64,000 bases of DNA. Source: Candidatus Methylomirabilota bacterium (GTDB lineage Bacteria; Verrucomicrobiota; Verrucomicrobiia; Limisphaerales; SXQI01). Of this stretch, positions 45,566 through 56,053 are shown piece by piece. Both the position numbers and the translations under genes were made by a program. The stretch is from the NCBI GenBank assembly GCA_035627835.1, contig DASPKX010000069.1:10451-74450 (forward strand), in the 5' to 3' direction. Numbering within the stretch: the stretch's first letter is position 1; every line of letters starts with the position of its first letter. A model generated the notes under the pieces. It had not been told where the DNA came from. It worked only from the letters and a program-made list of their open reading frames with translations, and searched no databases.

Positions 45566-48156
45566 GCGGCGGAGCGGGCAGTCTCGGGCACAGCGGGCTT
45601 CACGACTGAAACCACGCACGCTTCGGGAGTGAGATACTTCCGGGCAACATGCGAGATTTGCTCGAGCGTCACGCGCTCGTAGAGCGTGTCTTCGGCGTCG
45701 CAATTAAGAAACCCGAGGCCGTACAGCTCGTCCAGCGCGGTGGCGATCGCGTAGCTGCCAAGGTCCTGGCGGGCAATTTTCTTTTGGCCCAGGAGTTTGG
45801 CTTTGGCGCGCCGCAGCTCATCCGCAGTTAAGCCGTTGGCGCGAAGATCTTCGATTTCCACGAACATCTCTTTTTCCACCAACTCCACGTTCTCTGGATT
45901 GGTGCCCGCATAGAGCGCAAAATAGCCTGGCTTCAGGCCGATGAAATGCTGGGCTCCAACGTAATACGCCAGACCAAGATTTTCGCGGATGCGCAGAAAC
46001 AAGCGTGAGCCGAGGTCGCTGAGAGCTTCCTGCAGAAGCTCCAACGGGTAACGATCGGGATCGTGGATAGAAACGCCGGGGAAGCCCATGACCAGCACCG
46101 CTTGCTTTTTGTCCCGGTGCTCCATGGTATGGATCGGCCGTGTGATAGACACGGGTGGCGTGGGGTCCAGGGGCACATTTTCAGCCCGCTTCCAATTGCC
46201 AAAGAGTCTTTCGACCGAGGCGCGGACTTGATCGAGCTGGACGTCGCCATAGATCGCCATGACGCAATTGTTGGGCACGAGAACACGGCTGCGAAACGCT
46301 TGCAAGCGCTCCACTGTCATGGCGCGCACGCTTTCCTCTGAACCGTGAACATCGAGGCCGTAGCCATGACGCCCGAACAGTTCCCGGCGCATGGATTTGC
46401 TGGCGCTTTGAAGAAGATGATCGCGATGGGCCCGAATGCCGGCGAGTTGCACTTGCTTCTCCCGCTCAAGAGCGGCTTCCGGGAAGCTAGGGTTCAGCAG
46501 GACATCGGCGATAATTTCGAGAGCCTGGTCGAAGTCGCTGCTGAGAGCTTCGGCGTTTGCGCCAAAGCTGTTGTTCCCGCCATAGACGTCCATGCTCCCG
46601 CCAAGAGTTTCGATCTCGGTGGCAAGCTGCTCAGCGGTGCGGGTGGGAGTTCCCTTCATCAGCATCTTCGCCAGCAACAAGGTAATGCCGCTGCTCTGGG
46701 TGTCTTCAACGAGGACGCCCCCGCGAAAGACATTGCGAAACTCGACGAAAGGCAGCCGATGATCCTCTTTAACCAAAAGCGTGAGGCCGTTCGGCAGGAT
46801 CAGCTTGTGAATCGGTTGGTCAGCGATCTTCTCGTGTGAAATCGTCTTTTTTACATGCCCGCCGAGTGGGAGCAGCGCGTAGAGTGTGCGGTTATCCGCG
46901 TGCAGATATTCCTGGGCGGCCCGGCGAAGATCCTCCGGCTTGAGGCGCTTTACCGCGGCCAGATAACGCTCAGAGAAATTAAGGTCATTGGCCGCGAGCC
47001 AGTTATTGCCGAGATCCTGCGCCTGGCCCTGCATCGTTTTACGGGTGGCAAGCGTCGCGGCGGTGAATTGTTTGACGGCCTTCGTTAGTTCAGCCTGCGT
47101 CACAAGCTCATGCTTGAGCCGCTCGATCTGTTGCAGCAACGCTGAGCGCGCCGCGTCGAATTTGTCGGGGTCAACGATGCCGCTAAGGCCAAACAGTCCC
47201 GGGTTGCCAGGATTGTAGGTCCAGGCATCCACGGAATGTACGACACCCTGCCGTTCGCGGACTTCCTGATAAAGGCGGGATGAATGGCCACTGCCAAGCA
47301 GCGTGGCAACGACATCCAAAGCTGGAATGTCGCGATGGCGGACGTCGGGAATATGCCACGCAAAGTGGAAATGCCCCAGTTCAATAGCCGCTTCCTCAAT
47401 CAACTCACGTGGCGAGGTCTGGGTCGGCTCCGGCGGCATCGCGATCGGCGGGAGCGGTTTCGATTTCGCCGTCCGGAAGGCTTCAGTGATCTGCGCTTCG
47501 ACCTCCGCCGCTTTCACGTCACCGACGACCACGAAAAAGATATTATTCGGCGTGTACTTCTCGCGGTAATACGCGACGATATCATCGCGCGTGATGTCCT
47601 GGAAAATATCGGGATACCCAATGACGGTGTAGCGGTAGGGGCTGCGGACGTAAGCCGTCTCGAACAGACGGCGGCTGGAGCGGCGGCCAGGATCATCCTG
47701 GTTCATGTCCATCTCGCGAAGGATAACCTGCTTCTCCTTCTCGACCTCCTCCTCAGGGAGGATGGCGTTGCGCATGATGTCGCAGAGAATATCGATTGCG
47801 ATTCGCCCGCCGGTGTTCGGCACGTTAATCCAGTAAACGGTGCGGTCGAAGGAAGTGTAGGCGTTCATGTACCCGCCAGCTTCCTGGACCTCCTGGTCGA
47901 TGCGCCCCACGGCGCGCGTGGAGGTGCCCTTGAAGAGCATGTGCTCGAGCATGTGCGACATGCCCGAACCAAGCCACCGACCTTCATCGATAGCCCCCGC
48001 TTTGCACCAGGCCTGCGCGGAGACGACCGGCGCGCTCGGATCTTCACGGACGATCAGCACCAAGCCGTTATCCAGCGTCGTGAGACGAACGCCGGGCGGC
48101 AATGCAGGAATTTCCTCGGGTGCAACGATAGGCTGACCCTCAAAAGACTTGCCCAT
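45562..48156 (-). CDS. M16-family zinc peptidase, double-unit (pitrilysin-like)
   Basis: 864 aa. GMSHMLEHMLFKGT is the inverted HxxEH zinc motif in the first unit. A second M16-like unit follows (GITLLLAKMLMKGT, lacking HxxEH). Its stop overlaps the convergent kinase stop by 4 nt. Confidence 0.9.
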   Translation of the reverse strand: MGKSFEGQPIVAPEEIPALPPGVRLTTLDNGLVLIVREDPSAPVVSAQAWCKAGAIDEGRWLGSGMSHMLEHMLFKGTSTRAVGRIDQEVQEAGGYMNAYTSFDRTVYWINVPNTGGRIAIDILCDIMRNAILPEEEVEKEKQVILREMDMNQDDPGRRSSRRLFETAYVRSPYRYTVIGYPDIFQDITRDDIVAYYREKYTPNNIFFVVVGDVKAAEVEAQITEAFRTAKSKPLPPIAMPPEPTQTSPRELIEEAAIELGHFHFAWHIPDVRHRDIPALDVVATLLGSGHSSRLYQEVRERQGVVHSVDAWTYNPGNPGLFGLSGIVDPDKFDAARSALLQQIERLKHELVTQAELTKAVKQFTAATLATRKTMQGQAQDLGNNWLAANDLNFSERYLAAVKRLKPEDLRRAAQEYLHADNRTLYALLPLGGHVKKTISHEKIADQPIHKLILPNGLTLLVKEDHRLPFVEFRNVFRGGVLVEDTQSSGITLLLAKMLMKGTPTRTAEQLATEIETLGGSMDVYGGNNSFGANAEALSSDFDQALEIIADVLLNPSFPEAALEREKQVQLAGIRAHRDHLLQSASKSMRRELFGRHGYGLDVHGSEESVRAMTVERLQAFRSRVLVPNNCVMAIYGDVQLDQVRASVERLFGNWKRAENVPLDPTPPVSITRPIHTMEHRDKKQAVLVMGFPGVSIHDPDRYPLELLQEALSDLGSRLFLRIRENLGLAYYVGAQHFIGLKPGYFALYAGTNPENVELVEKEMFVEIEDLRANGLTADELRRAKAKLLGQKKIARQDLGSYAIATALDELYGLGFLNCDAEDTLYERVTLEQISHVARKYLTPEACVVSVVKPAVPETARSAA

Positions 48157-48173
48157 TAAGCTCTAACCTTACC

Positions 48174-48620
48174 TTAATTTTGATTTTCCGGGAGGGGGGA
48201 AGCTTCCCGGGCAGGCGGGCACAGCGCCGCGAGCTTTCTGGAGGGGAGGAAAGGCTTCTGAAACACTTCCTGAAAATTATAACCGTTCTTGAAATCATCC
48301 AAGCTGTCGTCCTCCGTTTTGCTGAGGAGGCCGGCTTCAACCATGTTGAACACGATCAGGCCGAAGTCCTGGGTGGTGCTCACACCCCACTCGGTGAGGA
48401 CTGTGTAGGCCATAGGACCGAATTGAGTCAGCGCGTATTCTTTGAGGCCGGCAAGCAACTCCTGCCCCGTCACATGCCGGGGCTGGTTGCGGTTCATTTT
48501 AGTGATGGTTTTTTGGACGAAGTCCAACCCTTCGCGAACGAAGAGGTATGCGTCGCGATGGAACCGCGAATCCTGCTCAACAATTTTCTCAAGGACGTCT
48601 TCGAAATTTAGGTGTTGCAT
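48174..48620 (-). CDS. conserved PVC-group hypothetical protein (Minf_1886 / TIGR04138-like, tentative)
   Basis: 148 aa. RFHRDAYLFVREGLDFV...RHVTGQELLAGLKEYALTQFGPMA...L.EWGVSTTQDFGLIVFNMVEAGLL matches my memory of the Planctomycetes/Verrucomicrobia-restricted family. Confidence 0.65.
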   Translation of the reverse strand: MQHLNFEDVLEKIVEQDSRFHRDAYLFVREGLDFVQKTITKMNRNQPRHVTGQELLAGLKEYALTQFGPMAYTVLTEWGVSTTQDFGLIVFNMVEAGLLSKTEDDSLDDFKNGYNFQEVFQKPFLPSRKLAALCPPAREASPLPENQN

Positions 48621-48623
48621 GCG

Positions 48624-48764
48624 TTACTCTTGGCTCCGGCTGCTCATAGCCGCAGGAGCGTCGTTGGCATGCATCTGGCGATACGTTTTCACCACCAAGC
48701 CGAACAAAAACAGCCCGGCCACCACAATTATGAGGGACCGCTCCTGTTTCGTCAGATGCACCAT
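48624..48764 (-). CDS. 46-aa single-TM small protein (below the ORF-track cutoff)
   Basis: Manual translation gives MVHLTKQERSLIIVVAGLFLFGLVVKTYRQMHANDAPAAMSSRSQE. The ATG at 48764 lies 24 nt after the leuS stop, and the stop codon lies 3 nt before the downstream gene start. This tight packing in an otherwise gene-dense operon supports it. Confidence 0.4.
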   Translation of the reverse strand: MVHLTKQERSLIIVVAGLFLFGLVVKTYRQMHANDAPAAMSSRSQE

Positions 48765-48788
48765 CGTTAATCGAAGATACTAAAAAAC

Positions 48789-51560
48789 CTACGCGACGGC
48801 AACATTGACGACCTTTCCAGGGACGACAATGACCTTCTTGATCGTCTTGCCCGCAGTGAACTCCTTCACCTTCTCGAGCGATAACGCCAGAGCTTCGATC
48901 TCGGCTGGCGTTGCTGTCTTTTGGACCACGACCTTGTCACGTAACTTCCCATTCACCTGCACCGGCAACTCGACCGTCTCTTCGACCAGCACGGCAGGGT
49001 CATGCTTTGGCCATGGCAGATACGCCATTGTCATGCGTGGATTAACCTTGCCGGGGGCAAAGACCCGCAGCATGCGGAAGAACAACTCCTCTGCCAGGTG
49101 TGGCGCGAATGGGTTCAGCAGCAGGAGGAAATCCATCAACGCGGCGCGGGGGCGGGTTTGCCAGGTCATCGCTTCGTTAACAAAGATCATCAACGCAGAG
49201 ATAGCCGTGTTAAATCGAAGAGCTTCCAGATCCTCCGTGACCTTCTTGATGCAGGTATGCAGGGCCTTGAGCTGCTCAGGCGTCGGCGAAATGTCGATGA
49301 TGAGGCTCGAGAGATGGAGTTGATCGAGCAACTCAGGTGTTTCCGCAGGCGCGGTGGTCTGGGACTGCTCGAACTCCGTCTCACTTTTATCATCGATGAA
49401 TAAACGCCAAACGCGGCCCAGGAACCGGTAAACCCCTTCCACGCCTTTCGTGCTCCAGGGCTTCACCATTTCAAGCGGGCCCATGAACATTTCGTAGAGG
49501 CGGAAAGCGTCCGCGCCATATTCCTTCAGAATGTCGTCCGGATTGATGACGTTGCCGCGGGATTTGGACATTTTCTGGCCGTCTTCCCCGAGAATCAGTC
49601 CTTGATTGACTAACTTGTAGAAAGGCTCGGGCGTTGAGACATAGCCGAGATCGAAAAGCACTTTGTGCCAAAAGCGCGCATAGAGGAGATGAAGGACCGC
49701 GTGCTCTGTGCCCCCGACATAAAGGTCAACCCCAGGAGTGACCTTCCCCTTTTGCGCCGTGGATGTTCCCATCCAGTATTGCTCAGCGTCCTTAGAAACA
49801 AAGGCGTCCGCGTTGTTCGCGTCGAGATACCGGAGATAGTACCAGCAACTGCCCGCCCATTGCGGCATGGTGTTGGTTTCGCGAACTGCGCCATTAGGCA
49901 ACTTCACCCAGTCCTGTGCGCGGGCCAAAGGCGGCTCGCCGGTTGGGGTGGGCTTAAAGTCCGTGAGGGAGGGAGGCTCGATCGGCAGGGCGTCAGCGGC
50001 GGCTGCTTCATGGTGATTGGGACCGCGCCAGATAATCGGGAATGGCTCGCCCCAATAGCGCTGGCGGCTGAAGAGCCAATCACGGATTTTGTAATTAACC
50101 GTTTTCCGCCCGAGCCCTTTGGGCTCCAGTAAGCGCGTGATGGCCTTTTTTGCATCAGGAGTCTTGAGGCCATTCAATTCGCCAGAATTTACTGCGATCC
50201 CGTCACCGAGGAATCCTTCGCCTGGGCTGTTGTCTTCCGGTTGAACAACCACGCGAATGGGGAGCTGAAAAACACGAGCAAATTCGAGGTCACGCGCGTC
50301 GTGCCCAGGCACTGCCATGATTGCGCCTGTGCCATAGGTCGCGAGCACGTAGTCCGCAATCCAGATGGGAATCCGCTCACCATTGACAGGGTTGATCGCA
50401 AATGCCCCGGTGAAAACCCCCGTTTTTTCTTTGGCGAGATCTGTCCGTTCCAGGTCGCTCTTGGCAGCGACAAATTCTCTGTACTTGGCGACGGCCTCAC
50501 GAGGTGAAGCTTGCGCCTCTGGTGTGCCGCGCCACGCTTGTGGTGTGTTTGCCGGCCAGGAGTTGGGGGTGAGCGGATCGACCAGCTTGTGCTCCGGGGC
50601 AAGGACCATATAGGTGGCCCCAAACAACGTGTCGGGTCGCGTCGTGAAAACAGTTAATCTCGTGCCTGGAGCAATCGAACCCGTGGACGCTGCATCGATT
50701 TCGAACTGAACTTCAGCGCCTTCGGATCGGCCAATCCAGTTTCGCTGCATTTCCTTAAGCGACTCGCTCCATTCAATGGTGTCCAGATCCTGGAGCAACC
50801 GTTCGGCATAAGCCGTGATGCGGAGCATCCATTGGCGCATCGGCCGACGAACCACAGGAAAGCCACCAACTTCGCTTTTGCCGTCAACGACTTCTTCGTT
50901 GGCGAGAACGGTGCCGAGTTCCGGGCACCAATTCACCGGCGTCTCCGCCACATAGGCGAGCCGGTGGGCGTCACGATAGGCGCGCTTCTGCTCGTCTGTT
51001 GTCACGTCGGCCGGATATGGCAAGGTGTCGATGGGCTCGGCCTTGTTCGTGCTCGGATTGAACCAGGAATTATAGAGATTGAGGAAGATCCACTGCGTCC
51101 ATTTGAAGTACTTCGGATCGGTGGTGTCCACTTCCCTGCTCCAATCATAACTGAAGCCGAGGCTCTTAATCTGCCGGCGGAAATTGCTGATGTTCTGCTC
51201 TGTCGTGGTGCGGGGATGCTGTCCAGTGCGGATCGCGTACTGCTCCGCGGGCAAACCGAAAGCGTCCCATCCCATCGGGTGCAGCACGTTCAAGCCGGTC
51301 ATGCGCCGGTAACGCGCAAGGATATCGGTAGCCGTGTACCCTTCTGGGTGGCCGACATGCAGGCCAGCGCCGGATGGGTACGGGAACATGTCCAGGATGT
51401 AGTATTTAGGAGGCAGCGTGCTGTGGCGCGCAGCAAAGGGGTGGTCGCTCGGAACGCGCTCAGAAGGATTCCAGGCGCGGAAAGTCTGCTGAGATTCCCA
51501 GCGATCCTGCCACTTTTTCTCGATCAAATGAAAGGGGTACTGCTTGCGTCCACCGGACAT
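48789..51560 (-). CDS. leuS: leucine--tRNA ligase
   Basis: [16 protein letters not shown] is the HIGH motif and KMSKSRGN is the KMSKS motif. The length and CP1 editing-domain blocks fit. Start chosen at [18 protein letters not shown]; the track ORF is 34 codons longer. Confidence 0.95.
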   Translation of the reverse strand: MSGGRKQYPFHLIEKKWQDRWESQQTFRAWNPSERVPSDHPFAARHSTLPPKYYILDMFPYPSGAGLHVGHPEGYTATDILARYRRMTGLNVLHPMGWDAFGLPAEQYAIRTGQHPRTTTEQNISNFRRQIKSLGFSYDWSREVDTTDPKYFKWTQWIFLNLYNSWFNPSTNKAEPIDTLPYPADVTTDEQKRAYRDAHRLAYVAETPVNWCPELGTVLANEEVVDGKSEVGGFPVVRRPMRQWMLRITAYAERLLQDLDTIEWSESLKEMQRNWIGRSEGAEVQFEIDAASTGSIAPGTRLTVFTTRPDTLFGATYMVLAPEHKLVDPLTPNSWPANTPQAWRGTPEAQASPREAVAKYREFVAAKSDLERTDLAKEKTGVFTGAFAINPVNGERIPIWIADYVLATYGTGAIMAVPGHDARDLEFARVFQLPIRVVVQPEDNSPGEGFLGDGIAVNSGELNGLKTPDAKKAITRLLEPKGLGRKTVNYKIRDWLFSRQRYWGEPFPIIWRGPNHHEAAAADALPIEPPSLTDFKPTPTGEPPLARAQDWVKLPNGAVRETNTMPQWAGSCWYYLRYLDANNADAFVSKDAEQYWMGTSTAQKGKVTPGVDLYVGGTEHAVLHLLYARFWHKVLFDLGYVSTPEPFYKLVNQGLILGEDGQKMSKSRGNVINPDDILKEYGADAFRLYEMFMGPLEMVKPWSTKGVEGVYRFLGRVWRLFIDDKSETEFEQSQTTAPAETPELLDQLHLSSLIIDISPTPEQLKALHTCIKKVTEDLEALRFNTAISALMIFVNEAMTWQTRPRAALMDFLLLLNPFAPHLAEELFFRMLRVFAPGKVNPRMTMAYLPWPKHDPAVLVEETVELPVQVNGKLRDKVVVQKTATPAEIEALALSLEKVKEFTAGKTIKKVIVVPGKVVNVAVA

Positions 51561-51997
51561 AGGGGGTGGATAATGAGCGAAAGAGTTAAACGACCGCAAG
51601 CGGCTGTTTCGAGCAGCCATTGACGCGCAAGGCCGCCCCAACATAGGGGCGGCCCATGGCATGTGAGTGCGCCCAACAGCGCGTTTTCAAAAATTCCTTA
51701 AGCAGCGCACCGGCGCAGCTTCCCTCCCTTTGGAAAGCTGTTAGCCGCCCCACTCGGGACGGCTCCGCCCATCTCCGAAGGCGTAGTGTGGAGACGAGCG
51801 ATTGCACAACTATTGCACAGGTTCGCACGTGTTCAAGCGGTGGAGGCTGGTTTTGCACAGATGGCACCAACGAACCGCAAACCAAAAGTCTGTCATCGCT
51901 TTCCCTGAGCAATTCCATAAAGGTTCCTTGTGCCCAGCGCTTTCGCGTATATCGCTCTAGATGCGGAGTCGTCGCAACGCTCCATGAGCTGACGCCT

Positions 51998-54900
51998 ATG
52001 ATTCCTTTGCTGCTGCTGCTGATAGCTGTCTCGTGGGTGATTCTTCTGCCGCTTGTAATGCTGAACCGAATCTCCCAGAACGCAGCGGCAATAAAAGAGC
52101 TGAAGCGCGAACTCGATGCGTTGCGCCACCAAGCCACCCAACCCGGCAACACTCAAACGGACTTAGATAAGCGCATTGCGCCCGAGCAGGATCAAGCATC
52201 GTCGCAGCCACAGCCCACATACGAGACGCCGCAGCACGACCCAGCAGAGCTGCTGGCCGAATTGCGGCGAGCGCGCGAACAGGCAGCTCCCCCGTTGATT
52301 ACGCCCCAACAGCCACCCCAAACGTTTACCCCGCCTCCGACGATATCCCCAGCGCTTGCCGATGAAGCAGAAGTCCGAACTGTCCTGGAGCCCGCCGCGC
52401 CCGCAGAACCGTCCGCACGATTCAACATGGAGCAGTTTCTGGGCGCCAAACTCTTCGCCTGGGTGGGAGGCATCGCGCTCTTTTTCGGCGTCGCGTTCTT
52501 CATCAAGTATTCGTTTGAGAGAAACCTCATACCTCCTCCGCTGCGAGTGGCCTTGGGGTCCTTAGTGGGTATCGCCTTGGTCGTGGCAGGAGCTATCACG
52601 AGGCACAAAGCGTACAAGATCACGTCGCACACTCTTTGCGCGGCCGGCATTCTTATCCTCTACGCTGCGGCCTTTGGAGCGCACCATCTCTACCAGTTGG
52701 TTTCGCTTAAAGCGGCGTTTGCGTGGATGAGCGTGGTGACAGCAGTGGCGTTCGCGCTAGCGGTGCGATTCGATTCCAAACCGGTCGCGGTGCTTGCGCT
52801 GCACGGGGGATTTCTCACTCCTCTGCTGCTGGGAACAGGCGAGTTCAATGCGCCAGCGCTTTTCAGCTACCTCGGTCTCCTTGACATTGGCATCGTTGGG
52901 GTCGCGCTGCATCGTCGCTGGTCCTTCCTTCCACTGATCGGAGCCCTCGGAACCGCGCTCTATGCGGCCTATTGGTCAGCGGACATCGCGCGGGAGGAGA
53001 CACTGGGCATAGGTTACCTGACCCATCTGGGCTTCGTCTCGCTATTCGCCGGCGCGCTCCTCGCGGCGCGACGATACGGGCGTCTGGATCATCTGTGGCT
53101 CGGCAGCTTTGGCGCTATTGCAGGAGCCTGCTTTTTCTTCGCGCTCTGCACAGCGTCCAGCTCCTGGGGGATCAATCACCTGCCGTCGCTTTACCTGTTT
53201 CTGTTTGCTGTGGATGCCCTGTTGCTGGCCGCCCCCCTTGCTCACCCGCAGGGTAGAATCATTTTCGATCTGGGCGGCTCCGCAACTTTCATCATTTTAG
53301 TCATCATCTCACGAAGCCTCAGGGACGCGCAGAGTTTGTGGCCGTCACTTGCCGCGTATCTCACGTTTGGCGGGCTGCATGGGATTCTTCCTTCTGTGAT
53401 GAGGCGCCGCGGGTGCGTAATGACAGGGGCTCGCACCGCTGCCCTTTTTGCCTTAAGTGCCTTCATCTTTTGTTTCGTGCCGCTCACCAAATTCGCGGAT
53501 GTCGGAGGAGCCTTTTGGGTGGCTGTCGCGGGCCTGAATTTCATTCTTCTCGCGGTTTGCATCCTGGCAGGACTTTTCCCAGCTTTGATCGGAGGGCTGC
53601 TGTTAACCGCAGCTTTGGCGGGAGTTTGGGTTGGTCGCCTTCCTACGGGCGCAGAGCTGCCCTGGTTAGCGTTGGCCGTCATTGGACTGATGGGCTTATT
53701 CTACTCCCTCCTCTTCAACTTTGGTCGTCGCACACGATGGTTTGCGCCGGGGAATGATGGAAGCGGCGAAGTGGATTTGGACGAGATTGAGCAGCTTTCG
53801 GCCCCCATATCCCTGCTGCTTCCCTTTCTTCTGCTGGCATTGTGCATCGGCCGTTTTCAACTTTTGAACCCGAGCGCCGTTTTCTCGGTCGGCTTCGCCC
53901 TGGCGCAGCTCTCGTTCGTGAGCGCGCTCCGCACTGGCGCATTTCGATTAGCTGCCGTCGGGGCCGGAGCCTTCGTTTTCTTGGAGGCTTTTTGGGCGTT
54001 CAAACAGGTAAACACGTTGAGCATGCCTGCGGCCTTCGGCTGGTTGCTGGGAAGCGCTGCCGTGATTTTCGGCTACGCCGTCGTTTTCCTTCGCCATCAT
54101 CCAGCGTTTATCTTCCCCTGGGTGGCGGGAGCACTCGCGTTCCCGACCCACTTCCTCATTGCGTATTTCATCATAGCGCAGCGCATGCTTCCTAGCGTTG
54201 GCATGATCAAACCGGCCGCGGCGCTGGCGGTCGTAATGGCCGTTCCGAATATCCTCGCCTGTTTTCGCGCGTTAAAAGTTCTGCCGGGAGGCAGCGCGGA
54301 ATTCCGCGCGTTTGTCGCGTGGATGGGAGGCGGCGCGTTATTCCTGCTCAGCGTTGCTTTGCCACTGCAACTGGAGCGGCAATGGCTAACGCTAGGCTGG
54401 GCCATTGAAGCGGTTGCGCTGCTGTTGCTGGCCAGGCGAGCGCCGCATCGTGGCTTGCTCTACGTCTCGTTTGGCCTGCTTGCTGCGGTTTTCCTGCGGC
54501 TGGCTGTTAATCCGGCGGTGCTCGATTACGAGTTGGGCGAAGGCTTGCCGTTTTTGAACTGGCATCTCTACACCTACGGCACTGCCATCACCTGCATGAT
54601 TGCAGCGGCGCGCCTCATCGAGCCGCTCCAACCTCTTGCGCCCACCTTCAACCCACGGCCGGCGCTCTGGTCCTTTGTCGGCATTCTCAGCTTCCTTCTG
54701 CTGAACATTCAAATTGCGGATTTCTTTGATAGCAGCCGGACCATTACTTTTGATTTCCGCCGCAACCTCGCGATCAACATGACGTACTCGATCGCCTGGG
54801 CGTGCTTCGCGTTCGGCTTGATTGCCATTGGCTTAGTGAAAGGGGTGAGGGCTTCGCGTTACACAGGGATTGCGCTCACAGCCGTGACGGTGGCGAAGCT

Positions 54901-55069
54901 TTTCTTCCTTGATCTGCAGAACCTGGACGCGATTTATCGAATTGCCGCCTTTATTGGCGTGGCGGTGGTGTTGATTGGCGCATCGATGCTTTACCAGCGC
55001 TTCGTTCCCGCCGATTCCAAGGCGAACTCCAGCAGCGCGCCAAAACCATCCCCGACGGCAGGCCCATAG
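51998..55069 (+). CDS. DUF2339-like giant polytopic membrane protein
   Basis: Start chosen at MIPLLLLLIAVSWVILLPLVML (N-terminal TM). Next come a coiled segment (AAAIKELKRELDALRHQ), a P/Q-rich linker, and more than 20 hydrophobic helices. The 114 upstream in-frame codons of the track ORF look non-coding. Confidence 0.75.
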   Translation: MIPLLLLLIAVSWVILLPLVMLNRISQNAAAIKELKRELDALRHQATQPGNTQTDLDKRIAPEQDQASSQPQPTYETPQHDPAELLAELRRAREQAAPPLITPQQPPQTFTPPPTISPALADEAEVRTVLEPAAPAEPSARFNMEQFLGAKLFAWVGGIALFFGVAFFIKYSFERNLIPPPLRVALGSLVGIALVVAGAITRHKAYKITSHTLCAAGILILYAAAFGAHHLYQLVSLKAAFAWMSVVTAVAFALAVRFDSKPVAVLALHGGFLTPLLLGTGEFNAPALFSYLGLLDIGIVGVALHRRWSFLPLIGALGTALYAAYWSADIAREETLGIGYLTHLGFVSLFAGALLAARRYGRLDHLWLGSFGAIAGACFFFALCTASSSWGINHLPSLYLFLFAVDALLLAAPLAHPQGRIIFDLGGSATFIILVIISRSLRDAQSLWPSLAAYLTFGGLHGILPSVMRRRGCVMTGARTAALFALSAFIFCFVPLTKFADVGGAFWVAVAGLNFILLAVCILAGLFPALIGGLLLTAALAGVWVGRLPTGAELPWLALAVIGLMGLFYSLLFNFGRRTRWFAPGNDGSGEVDLDEIEQLSAPISLLLPFLLLALCIGRFQLLNPSAVFSVGFALAQLSFVSALRTGAFRLAAVGAGAFVFLEAFWAFKQVNTLSMPAAFGWLLGSAAVIFGYAVVFLRHHPAFIFPWVAGALAFPTHFLIAYFIIAQRMLPSVGMIKPAAALAVVMAVPNILACFRALKVLPGGSAEFRAFVAWMGGGALFLLSVALPLQLERQWLTLGWAIEAVALLLLARRAPHRGLLYVSFGLLAAVFLRLAVNPAVLDYELGEGLPFLNWHLYTYGTAITCMIAAARLIEPLQPLAPTFNPRPALWSFVGILSFLLLNIQIADFFDSSRTITFDFRRNLAINMTYSIAWACFAFGLIAIGLVKGVRASRYTGIALTAVTVAKLFFLDLQNLDAIYRIAAFIGVAVVLIGASMLYQRFVPADSKANSSSAPKPSPTAGP

Positions 55070-55070
55070 C

Positions 55071-55097
55071 AAAAAGCCCGCTCCGGAGAGCGGGCTT
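55071..55097 (-). terminator. rho-independent terminator for the LysR gene (also closes the convergent DUF2339 gene)
   Basis: aagcccgctc-cgga-gagcgggctt is a 10-bp stem. On the minus strand it is followed by ttttt. Confidence 0.7.
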
Positions 55098-55120
55098 GCA
55101 CAGAATGAATGCCAGGGCGC

Positions 55121-56011
55121 TTACGCCTTCGGCGTTTCGCCCTTCAAAACATTGATGAATTGGCGCATTGCAGGTGAAAGAACCTTGTTCTTCTTGTAAA
55201 TGGCCGCGAGAGGGCGGAAGAACTCGTCATCTTCCAATTCCACCTGCACGAGAGTGCTCTTGGAGACTTCCTGCGTGATGGTGCCTTTCGGAACGATGGA
55301 GATGCCGGCGTCGATTTCCACGGCCCGCTTCACGGTTTCAATGTTGTCGAACTCCATGACGTGATCAACCTGGACACCGTGGTCCTTGAAGATTTTGTCA
55401 ATGGCTTTGCGGGTGGGGATGTCTGGCTCGAAGCCGATAAAGCGTTGGCCGCTGACTTCCTGGAGCTTCACACCCTTGGCTTTGGCAAAAGGATGCTGAG
55501 GATGGCAGATAAGCACCATCTTGTCCTTGCGCAGAGGGACGACTTCGAGGCGCGGGTCTTTGGCGGGGTAAGCAACCAGGCCAAGGTCAACCACATTGCC
55601 GAGCACGTCATCGTACACCTGGTTGGCCCGGCGATACTCCACATGCACGTTCACCGTGGGATAGCTCTTGAGGAACTTCTTCAGGTACGGCGGGAGATCG
55701 TGAAGGCCGATGCTGTAAATGGTGGCGACGCGAATGGTTCCAGAAACGATGTCTTTGATCTCCTGCAGCTTGTTATGGAGAGAATCGTAGGTCTGGATGA
55801 TTTGCTTGCTGTAATCGTACAAAACCTGGCCTTCACGAGTGAGGCGGAACTTCTTTTTGCTCCGCTCAATCAAGAGTGAGTTAAAGGTTTTCTCGAGGGA
55901 ACTGATCTGCTGGCTCACTGCAGACTGGGTGATCTGGTTAATCTGAGCGGCTTTGGTGAAGCTCTCAGTTTCAGCGAGATCGCAGAATACTTTCAGGGTT
56001 TCAATTTGCAT
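55121..56011 (-). CDS. LysR-family transcriptional regulator
   Basis: MQIETLKVFCDLAETESFTKAAQINQITQSAVSQQISSLE is the LysR wHTH. 296 aa with a substrate-binding-type C-terminal domain. Confidence 0.9.
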   Translation of the reverse strand: MQIETLKVFCDLAETESFTKAAQINQITQSAVSQQISSLEKTFNSLLIERSKKKFRLTREGQVLYDYSKQIIQTYDSLHNKLQEIKDIVSGTIRVATIYSIGLHDLPPYLKKFLKSYPTVNVHVEYRRANQVYDDVLGNVVDLGLVAYPAKDPRLEVVPLRKDKMVLICHPQHPFAKAKGVKLQEVSGQRFIGFEPDIPTRKAIDKIFKDHGVQVDHVMEFDNIETVKRAVEIDAGISIVPKGTITQEVSKSTLVQVELEDDEFFRPLAAIYKKNKVLSPAMRQFINVLKGETPKA

Positions 56012-56053
56012 ATTAAGGGAAACTTAGCAGGGAAAATTGTTAGACGCGCGGGG

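Noticed and set aside
51656-51997. 114-codon in-frame extension at the 5' end of the DUF2339-like gene, and the 188-aa minus ORF at 51586..52152.
   Set aside because: The extension overlaps the leuS 5' region and divergent promoter space and looks non-protein-like. The family-typical N-terminal TM helix starts at the Met at 51998.
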